NCBI GenBank assembly: GCA_037132835.1
Contig: JBAHZW010000061.1
Span: 2,561-66,560 of the forward strand
DNA length: 64,000 nt
Origin: Colwellia sp.
Lineage (GTDB): Bacteria > Pseudomonadota > Gammaproteobacteria > Enterobacterales > Alteromonadaceae
Direction: 5' to 3'
Part shown: positions 1 through 7,707 of the stretch, one piece after another
Position numbering within the stretch: position 1 is the stretch's first letter
Layout of the letters: every line of letters begins with the position of its first letter
Translations under genes and position numbers: made by a program
Notes under the pieces: model-generated
Seen by the model: the letters and a program-made list of their open reading frames with translations, nothing else
Told to the model about the DNA's origin: nothing
Database searches by the model: none

Positions 1-1155
1 TTAATTGAAGCGACGGCTAATCAAGTTAATCAATTTGGTGGTTATACGGGTATGTGTCCCAAAGCCTTTATTAGTTTTGTTGCTGATATTGCTCAAAAAA
101 CAAACTTTCCCATGGACAATATTATACTTGGTGGTGACCATCTTGGCCCCGTATGCTGGGTAGATGAAAAGTCTGAATTCGCCATGGAAAAAGCAAAAAA
201 ACTGGTTGAAAGCTACGTTGTAGCAGGCTTTAGTAAAATTCACTTAGATTGCAGTATGCCTTGCGCTGATGACCTAAGTGCATTAACGGATCAAATTATT
301 GCTGAACGTGCCGCAACCTTATGTGAAGTTGCCGAGCAAACAGCAATGAAAGAATTTGGTGCAGCCAAACTTGTTTATGTTATTGGTACTGAAGTACCTT
401 CTCCCGGCGGCTCGACCGAAGAAATAGATGAGCTTGAATTAACAACGGTTGAAAATGTACAACAAACGTTAGATACGCACTTAACCGCTTTTAAAGCAAA
501 AGGATTACAAGCTGCATGGCAACGCGTAATTGGTCTGGTCGTACAACCAGGGGTTGAATTTGATCATACCAGCGTAATTAACTACCAATCAGATAAAGCC
601 CAAGCTCTTAGCCGCTTTATTGCGAAAACACCTAATATTGTTTTTGAAGCTCACTCTACTGACTATCAACTACCCAGTGCCTATCAAGAATTGGTGAACG
701 ATCACTTTGCAATATTGAAAGTGGGTCCCCAGCTCACTTTTGCCATGAGAGAAGCCATTTTTTCTCTTAGTCATATCGAAGATGAACTTATCAATATCGA
801 AAACAGATCTAACCTTAAGAGTATCTTTGAAAGAGAAATGTTAGAGCAAGATAAACATTGGTGTAAGTTTTATCAGGTTCCTGCAAGTAAAGGGCTTTTA
901 TATCGACGATACAGCTACAGTGACCGCCTTAGATATTATTGGAATTTAGATATTATTGAGGCTGCTGTTAATCAGCTGTTCAACAACCTTGATAATATCG
1001 ACATACCCCTTCCCCTGATCAGTCAATATTTACCTGAGCAGTACCAAGCTATAAGGCAAGGTAGATTAACAACTAAAGCAAGTGCTTTGGTTATAGATAA
1101 AATAATGCAAGTAACTGAGATATACTCTTATGCTTGCAATAAGCAAATAGGTTAA
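1..1155 (+). CDS. agaZ: AgaZ/KbaZ/GatZ-family tagatose-(bis)phosphate pathway protein (5'-truncated by window edge)
   Basis: Frame is open from base 1 (LIEATANQVNQFGGYTGM...); contains GGDHLGP, KIHLDCS, IGTEVP, VVQPGVEF, FEAHSTDY, LKVGP and SDRLRYY motifs of the family. Confidence 0.92.
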   Translation, partial: LIEATANQVNQFGGYTGMCPKAFISFVADIAQKTNFPMDNIILGGDHLGPVCWVDEKSEFAMEKAKKLVESYVVAGFSKIHLDCSMPCADDLSALTDQIIAERAATLCEVAEQTAMKEFGAAKLVYVIGTEVPSPGGSTEEIDELELTTVENVQQTLDTHLTAFKAKGLQAAWQRVIGLVVQPGVEFDHTSVINYQSDKAQALSRFIAKTPNIVFEAHSTDYQLPSAYQELVNDHFAILKVGPQLTFAMREAIFSLSHIEDELINIENRSNLKSIFEREMLEQDKHWCKFYQVPASKGLLYRRYSYSDRLRYYWNLDIIEAAVNQLFNNLDNIDIPLPLISQYLPEQYQAIRQGRLTTKASALVIDKIMQVTEIYSYACNKQIG

Positions 1156-2291
1156 TGAAAATGAACGAATTATTAGATATTGATGTTAAAGAACTTAAAG
1201 AAAAAAAAGCCTACTGGACGGCGAAAGAAATTTCTCAACAGCCTGCTATTTGGAGGGAAACATCGTCATTAGTCAAAGCAAAACAAGAAGAAATCTCTTC
1301 ATTTTTAGAACCCATTATGCAATTAGAAAATTTACGCATTATTTTAACCGGTGCAGGCACATCGGCTTATGTTGGTGAAGCACTCGCTCCGCATTTGTCA
1401 AAAGTAAATCAAAAACTATTTGAAGCGATCAGTACAACCAACTTAGTCAGCAATCCACTTGATTTTTTAATCAAGAGCAAACCTACATTAATTATTTCCT
1501 ATGCGCGCTCAGGTAATAGCCCAGAAAGTCTTGCTGCTGTCGATATAGCCGATGAAATTGTCGGTAATTGCTTTCATTTAGTGATTACTTGTAATCCAGA
1601 GGGTAAATTGGCAAAAGGCACACAAGAAAATAGCAATGCGTATAGTTTAATCATGCCTGAAGGTACACTCGACGAAAGCTTTGCTATGACCAGTAGCTTC
1701 ACTTCAATGCTAGTCTCTACTTTATGTATTTTTGCACCCGACGATACTCAATTGGAACTGGCGGCAATGTGGACTGACAACTTGTTATCCTATAACACCC
1801 AAGCTATTAAAAGTCATGCTAACAATGGTTGTGATAGAATTGTATTTTTAGGCTCTGGCTCTCTACTGGGCATAGCAAGAGAAGCGGCTCTTAAGTGTTT
1901 AGAATTAACCGCTGGGCAGGTATTAAGTTACTTTGAAAGCCCACTTGGATTTAGGCATGGCCCTAAATCACTCGTTGACGATAAAACAGATATTATTATA
2001 CTCACATCTAATGATCCTTATACCAAAAAATATGACAATGATTTATATGATGAATTAAACCGAGACGGCAAAGCCCTTTCGGTACGCAAGCTTAACATGG
2101 CGTTTTGGAAACAGTCATCTGATATTACTGATATTTGGGCGGCACTTCCTTTTATTACTTATTGCCAAATTTTATCTTTTTATAAATCATTAACTTTAGA
2201 ACTATCCCCAGACAACCCCTGTCCATCAGGTGAAGTAAATAGAGTCGTACAAGGGGTAACAATTTACCCACTGGCAGCAGACACTCAATGA
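1155..2291 (+). CDS. agaS: Galactosamine-6-phosphate deaminase/isomerase (SIS domains)
   Basis: EISQQP, LTGAGTS, SYARSGNSPES, FAMTSSF, GFRHGPKS and PDNPCPSGEVNRVVQGV motifs; start overlaps the agaZ stop. Confidence 0.92.
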   Translation: MKMNELLDIDVKELKEKKAYWTAKEISQQPAIWRETSSLVKAKQEEISSFLEPIMQLENLRIILTGAGTSAYVGEALAPHLSKVNQKLFEAISTTNLVSNPLDFLIKSKPTLIISYARSGNSPESLAAVDIADEIVGNCFHLVITCNPEGKLAKGTQENSNAYSLIMPEGTLDESFAMTSSFTSMLVSTLCIFAPDDTQLELAAMWTDNLLSYNTQAIKSHANNGCDRIVFLGSGSLLGIAREAALKCLELTAGQVLSYFESPLGFRHGPKSLVDDKTDIIILTSNDPYTKKYDNDLYDELNRDGKALSVRKLNMAFWKQSSDITDIWAALPFITYCQILSFYKSLTLELSPDNPCPSGEVNRVVQGVTIYPLAADTQ

Positions 2292-2332
2292 TAATTTTTA
2301 TTTAACGGTAGAGTAATTAAGAGGACATTTCA

Positions 2333-3235
2333 ATGGCAGTTTATGGTTTAGATATTGGGGGTACCAAGATTGAAACGGCTATATTTGATGATGATTTAAA
2401 TCTCTTAGAGAGTTGGCGTATAAAAACGCCAACACAAGATTATCCGCTCTTGTTAGAAACAATTGCACAACAACTTAATAAAGCAGACCAAATTAGCTCA
2501 CAACATGCGCGTTTTGGAATTGGTATGCCCGGTTTAATCAATCACCAAGGACAAGTACTGTCTGCTAATGTTCCCTGTGCCACAGAACAATTTATTAAAA
2601 GTGATTTGGAAAAGCTATTGGGTCGTCCTGTTGCGATCAAAAATGATACTCGCTTATTTGCCTTATCAGAAGCTATGGGTGGTGCAGGGCAAGGTTTTCA
2701 CCGTGTATTTGGTGCGATTATCGGGACCGGTGCTGCCGGTGGTCTTTGCATTAATGGCTCACTCGAAAACACTAACTTAGGTGTTGCTGGCGAGTACGGC
2801 CACCTACCGCTTTCAGCACAATTACAACAAAAATATCAACTCCCTATCTTGCGCTGTGGCTGTGGTTTATTAGGCTGTGTTGAGCGTTATATTACCGGAC
2901 CAGGTATAGAAAATTTATATCAACACTTTACGAGTAAAGCACAAACAGCCATATTTTGGGGTGACAAATTAAAGCAAGGTGATAGGCAAGCCCACAGTAT
3001 ATTAACCTGCTACCTCGATATTCTAGGTGAAACCTTTGCTTCGTTGGTTAAATTACAAGAGCCTGATGTCATCGTGCTGGGCGGCGGCTTATCTTTAGTT
3101 CCCGACATTGTAAAATATTTACCGCGCGCCATTGAAAATCACTTATTTACCAACTTTAATGCCCCCGCTGTTGTTATCGCCAAGTATGGTGATTCTAGTG
3201 GTGTTCGAGGCGCCGCAATATTGGGCTGTCAATAA
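2333..3235 (+). CDS. ROK-family amino-sugar kinase (probable GalNAc kinase, AgaK/NagK-like)
   Basis: GLDIGGTKI, GTGAAGG, GEYGH and CGCGxxGCVE Zn motif, GDSSGVRGAA; GAGGA RBS; aga context. Confidence 0.85.
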   Translation: MAVYGLDIGGTKIETAIFDDDLNLLESWRIKTPTQDYPLLLETIAQQLNKADQISSQHARFGIGMPGLINHQGQVLSANVPCATEQFIKSDLEKLLGRPVAIKNDTRLFALSEAMGGAGQGFHRVFGAIIGTGAAGGLCINGSLENTNLGVAGEYGHLPLSAQLQQKYQLPILRCGCGLLGCVERYITGPGIENLYQHFTSKAQTAIFWGDKLKQGDRQAHSILTCYLDILGETFASLVKLQEPDVIVLGGGLSLVPDIVKYLPRAIENHLFTNFNAPAVVIAKYGDSSGVRGAAILGCQ

Positions 3236-3236
3236 T

Positions 3237-4424
3237 ATGAATAACACTCCCTTTTACATAAAAGCTCAGCAAGTTTGCTGCGAAACAGAGATTAAGCTGA
3301 AACACTTTGTACTCATTGAAGACGGTATTATCACCACAATAACCGATACACCCAAAAGAGGGATCAAGGTCATTGATTTTGGTGCAGCCACTTTAATACC
3401 GGGCATGATTGATATGCATATCCACGGTCGTGAAGGTTGTGATGTTATGGACGCAAAGCTATCTTCAATTAAAACCATTTCAGCTTCCTTAGCTAAACAT
3501 GGTGTTACAGGTTTTTTAGCGACAACGGTAACAGGTGATTGGCAAAACACCCTTGCGGCTTTTGATATTATTGGTCAAGCAACAAAACAACAAATGCCTG
3601 GGGCACAAGTGCTTGGCGCCTATAATGAAGGCTTATTTTTCACTGAAACACATAAAGGAGCTCATAACGAGGCGTTTTTTTTAGAGTTAACTAAGGAACG
3701 AGTTGATGACATTATTTCAGCCTCAAAGCAAAGCTTGAAAGTGATGGCCTTAGCCCCAGAATTTCACAACTCAACCGATATCATTGCTTATTTAAGCTCA
3801 AAAAACATCAAAGTAATGTTAGGGCATACCAATGCTACCTTTAAACAATCACAAGCAGCACTAAAAGCTGGAGCGGCAGGTGGCGTACACATATTTAATG
3901 GCATGAGTGGCATCCACCATCGTGATCCTGGTTGTGCTGGTGCCGTGTTAATGGATGATGAGGCGATTGCTGAAGTTATCGCCGATGGTGTTCATTTACA
4001 TCCAAGCATTATGGAAATGGTCTATCGCCTTAAAGGCCCCAAGAAAATGGCATTAATTAGTGATTGTATTAATGCCGGCGGTTATCCAGACGGTAATTAT
4101 CGACTAGGTGAATTAAACGTTTCAGTTAAAGACGGTATTGCCCGTACCGCATCAGGCTCTCTTGCTGGTAGCACTCTAACCTTAGAACTTAGTGTCAAAA
4201 ATATCATAAATATGGCCAAAGTACCTTTTTTAGAAGCAGTCCATATGGCCAGTCTTGTGCCAGCGAACCATTTAGGGCTAGCTGATTCATTAGGCAGTAT
4301 TGCCATTAAAAAACGTGCTTGCTTAACGGTTTGGGACGACAACTTTAAAATATTAGCCACTTTTATTGATGGCGAATTAGTTTACCAACCCGCAGATATT
4401 CAACCAATAAAAGCTAACGTTTAA
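3237..4424 (+). CDS. agaA: N-acetylgalactosamine/N-acetylglucosamine-6-phosphate deacetylase
   Basis: PGMIDMHIHG, KGAH, LAPE, HIFNGM, IADGVH, LAGS motifs; start reset to the ATG at 3237 just after the kinase stop. Confidence 0.88.
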   Translation: MNNTPFYIKAQQVCCETEIKLKHFVLIEDGIITTITDTPKRGIKVIDFGAATLIPGMIDMHIHGREGCDVMDAKLSSIKTISASLAKHGVTGFLATTVTGDWQNTLAAFDIIGQATKQQMPGAQVLGAYNEGLFFTETHKGAHNEAFFLELTKERVDDIISASKQSLKVMALAPEFHNSTDIIAYLSSKNIKVMLGHTNATFKQSQAALKAGAAGGVHIFNGMSGIHHRDPGCAGAVLMDDEAIAEVIADGVHLHPSIMEMVYRLKGPKKMALISDCINAGGYPDGNYRLGELNVSVKDGIARTASGSLAGSTLTLELSVKNIINMAKVPFLEAVHMASLVPANHLGLADSLGSIAIKKRACLTVWDDNFKILATFIDGELVYQPADIQPIKANV

Positions 4425-4923
4425 CTTTTATTACATTCGAATCATATTGGATTAATCGTAGAGAATGGCACCCTTTAGGTCGCTCATTTGATTGAGGAAT
4501 GAAGCGGATAGCCTTGTCGTTTCTTATTTTTAGGGTACTTAATTGTATAAAACAGAATATAGGCGTGAATAGGCGACATGACCCCATAAGTTGATTGTCC
4601 ATCAAACGCGTCAGAAAGAGTCGTATTTAATAATGACATTATCGCCCTCCTGAAATCCTGTACTTTAATGGTAACGGGTCTAGTTAATTTGATAAGCACT
4701 AAAGCGTATTCGTTTTCTTTTACCGATATTATTACAAATTAAATAAGTCGACAAAATTCAGAATGGGTCATTGTGAATTAAAATGTAATTTTTAGATGAG
4801 TCTTTATTAGCGGTACTATATAATCTTATGTTCAAAAAATATTCATCGTAAACAACATAATAGATACGTAGTATCTAAAGTGGTAAAATTTAATTACTTA
4901 TATAAGTCGAAAAAGGAATATGT

Positions 4924-5712
4924 ATGCTCAGTACCATTGAAAGGCGTCAAGAAATAGTCTTATTGACGGAAAAACAAGGTAAAGTTTTAGTGAAGCAACT
5001 TGCTGATACCTTCAATATTTCTACTGTAACCATAAGAAGTGACTTAAATGAACTAAATAAACGAGGTTTGATAGTACGCTCTCGAGGTGGTGCCGTTCCG
5101 AGTAATCGATTAACTAAGGAACTTTCCAATAAAGAAAAACACAGGGAAAATCAAGGTGTTAAAATGTTGCTTGCCCGCGAGGTATCACAACTAATCAATG
5201 ATGGTGATGCTATTTTATTAGATTCAGGCACCACTACAGAAGAAGTTGCTCAGTGCCTCATTAGTAAAAAAAACCTCACGGTGATGACTAATGGCTTAAA
5301 TATCGCTAATAAACTATCACGATCAGAAAGTTGTGATGTTTTCATTACCGGTGGCCGCCTTCGAAAAAAATCCATGTCTTTTTATGGTGCCCGTGCGGAT
5401 GAAAAATTAAAATATTATAATTTCAATAAAGTGATATTAGGCGTTGATGGTATTGATATTGATCGAGGTATAAGTACTCATTATGAGCCAGAAGCAAATT
5501 TTAATCGAGCGATGTGTGAAAGTGCAGAAACGGTAATTGTTGTTACTGACTCAACTAAATTTGGTAAAAAATCTCTACACTCAATTATCAGGCTAGAGTC
5601 AATAGATATTCTAGTAACCGACAGCGGTATACCTAAAATATTTATAGAGGCGTTAAAAAGGCTTAACATTGATTTACATATTGTTGAGGTAACCAATAAC
5701 AGTGCAATTTAA
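4924..5712 (+). CDS. agaR: DeoR-family repressor of the aga genes
   Basis: STVTIRSDL HTH, RSRGGA, LDSGTTT, DSTKFG; adjacent to the aga operon. Confidence 0.9.
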   Translation: MLSTIERRQEIVLLTEKQGKVLVKQLADTFNISTVTIRSDLNELNKRGLIVRSRGGAVPSNRLTKELSNKEKHRENQGVKMLLAREVSQLINDGDAILLDSGTTTEEVAQCLISKKNLTVMTNGLNIANKLSRSESCDVFITGGRLRKKSMSFYGARADEKLKYYNFNKVILGVDGIDIDRGISTHYEPEANFNRAMCESAETVIVVTDSTKFGKKSLHSIIRLESIDILVTDSGIPKIFIEALKRLNIDLHIVEVTNNSAI

Positions 5713-5749
5713 TCAGATGTTTTTATGGGGCTGAATTAATAGACCTAAT

Positions 5750-5786
5750 TAAGACTAATCTCACTAACTATGTGACCCTTTTTACT
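5750..5786. repeat. Dispersed intergenic repeat, truncated copy
   Basis: TAAGACTAATCTCACTAACTATGTGACCCTTTTTACT matches 58221-58257 at 34/37 positions. Confidence 0.8.
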
Positions 5787-6138
5787 AGCGCTTCGCTTTA
5801 GCGCTATTCCTACATGCATATATCCATGCACTTTGTCCTGAGCTAAATTCACCTGTTACACGTATATAATCATCCACTTCGTATTCATCGGCTTGGCTTA
5901 ATTCAAACGAGGTTATTTGAAAAATAGTGCCTTGTACTGTGTCTGCCCTCTTACCGGTATACTTAAGTATTGGGTGAAACTCTTTGCCACTTGTTTTAAT
6001 GACCGCAGTATCGGTAATTTTAACCTCATCAAGCACATAGCCAATTAAGGTATCTCTTGTACCTGGTAATGATCGTCCGAACGTTTCTTGTTGTACTGCT
6101 TCTCATTGTAATGTGCCATATGAAAACAAACTTTCCAC
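5785..6138 (-). pseudogene. Gamma-glutamylcyclotransferase (GGCT/AIG2-like) gene with in-frame TGA at codon 12
   Basis: GTG at 6138 with AAGGTG RBS reads VESLFSYGTLQ*EAVQQETFGR...; LFSYGTL N-terminal motif and ADEYE motif are in one frame; TGA at 6105-6103. Confidence 0.8.
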
Positions 6139-6234
6139 TTTATCACCTTGATGTTGAATATAACGGCCTGTTTTTTAATTTTTATATTTTGGCTAAGTGA
6201 GCTTTTATTATACAAATATAATTTCACTGACGGT

Positions 6235-7560
6235 TTATTGTTGGTCACTCGCTTGGCCGTACATTAGTTGTGGTTTTAACAAAGCAAACTCATAATACAC
6301 TCGCTGTTGGTGCGAGCTTAATTTTTTTTGCTTAGCTAAGTCGCTAAATATTTTATGTAACGCTTGCGAGTATTTAGGGTTTTTATCATGAATTTGTATA
6401 TCAGCTAATATTCCAGCCAGTCGAGTTAATTCAATTTTTTTACTGGCATGTGGCCATTTTTCACCACGCGTTACGGGCATTAAATAATCTACCGCTAACG
6501 TCAAATTATACCCTTCAGGTGAGGTATATTGCCATAGTGACAAGTTTGCTTTTTCAGCAATATTTGCCACACGAATCAGCGCTTGTAAATTAAAGCAACT
6601 GTAGAAAAATGTCCGGGTACGTTTTAGCTCATGCTCTTGAGCACCTTGCTCATTAAACTGTTCGGAAAAACTTTGCTGCGTGGCTATTATCGCTTGTTTT
6701 AACAACGTATCATTACCTAAATACCATGCCAAGGCGGCCACCTGAAATCGGTACCAAGAACCATGGTTATTCTTTTGTTTGGCCCCAGCCTTACCTAATT
6801 TACTGGTGGTTAACCAATGTAGGTACTCACTTAACCATGCATTCATTTGTGTCTGTTTTTCGGTGTTCCATGCGGGTGATGCCGAAAAAATTGTAATGGC
6901 GTCAAGTACACGTTCAGGTATGAGTCGTCCATCTAATATACCTGAGCGACGTCCTTTTGGGTTGCCGGGTACACTTTGTGCGTATTGTAAATGTGGATTC
7001 ATTTGAGTCTTTTCATCTAAGAACCACGTGTCGATTAAGCTTATGCCTTTTTGTGCATATTTTTCATTGTCAGAAAAATAATAGGCAAGTGACAGTAGTT
7101 TAATTGAGCCCATCGCTTTACCTAATCGACGTCGATCTACGTCGTCAGTTTGTGTCTCAGGATTAGTTAATCCATCCTTTCTGAGCCAAGGTAAACCGCT
7201 TGGTGATGTAGGATCTGGCCACCAGTAACGGCTAATACTCATGTAGTCATGCTTGTTATTACTTGGCGGTGAGAATTTTTTATCCATGACGGTTGGGTTG
7301 TTGAGTGCTAGTGCGGCATCGGCTTTTTGGATTAAGTGCTGGTATGCTTCTAGGGTATATTTTGCCGCGTTACCTGATTTTAATGACCGCTTTACCACGG
7401 CAATACTGTTGGCATTAAATTGAATAAATTCGGCGGTTTTTTCTGAGGGTGCTTTGTTTATTGAAATGGCGCTTACTGTAAAGGTGTTAAATGAAGTGAA
7501 AACTAATAACACGAGGAAAACGATGGTCTTCTTTTTTAGTTGTGCGAAGGATAAAGTCAT
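6235..7560 (-). CDS. Secreted alginate-lyase-family polysaccharide lyase (PF05426-like)
   Basis: Signal peptide; KHDYMSISRYWWPDP, DGxTNPE, MNPHLQYAQ, NNHGSW and ELKRTR..YSCFNL motifs. Confidence 0.8.
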   Translation of the reverse strand: MTLSFAQLKKKTIVFLVLLVFTSFNTFTVSAISINKAPSEKTAEFIQFNANSIAVVKRSLKSGNAAKYTLEAYQHLIQKADAALALNNPTVMDKKFSPPSNNKHDYMSISRYWWPDPTSPSGLPWLRKDGLTNPETQTDDVDRRRLGKAMGSIKLLSLAYYFSDNEKYAQKGISLIDTWFLDEKTQMNPHLQYAQSVPGNPKGRRSGILDGRLIPERVLDAITIFSASPAWNTEKQTQMNAWLSEYLHWLTTSKLGKAGAKQKNNHGSWYRFQVAALAWYLGNDTLLKQAIIATQQSFSEQFNEQGAQEHELKRTRTFFYSCFNLQALIRVANIAEKANLSLWQYTSPEGYNLTLAVDYLMPVTRGEKWPHASKKIELTRLAGILADIQIHDKNPKYSQALHKIFSDLAKQKKLSSHQQRVYYEFALLKPQLMYGQASDQQ

Positions 7561-7707
7561 GATTTCCCTTAAAAGAAAGTTTTATTGATATGAGCGAACT
7601 TGTATTTATTTAATCTACAACGGGTAATAGTAAGGTTTTTTGTCGCACTATCCATTGTTGTTATGATAAAGCTGTCCGTTTTATCTGCTTTGATTTTTAT
7701 ACAATTG

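Noticed and set aside
4414-4699. Two short minus-strand ORFs in the agaA-agaR spacer
   Set aside because: No motif or convincing RBS; they overlap each other in a repeat-like region
6103-6105. TGA as a selenocysteine codon
   Set aside because: No obvious SECIS-like hairpin follows, and the position is not a known catalytic Cys site in GGCT-like proteins
6045-6248. 67-aa ORF downstream of the lyase
   Set aside because: Overlaps the true 5' end of the GGCT-like gene in another frame
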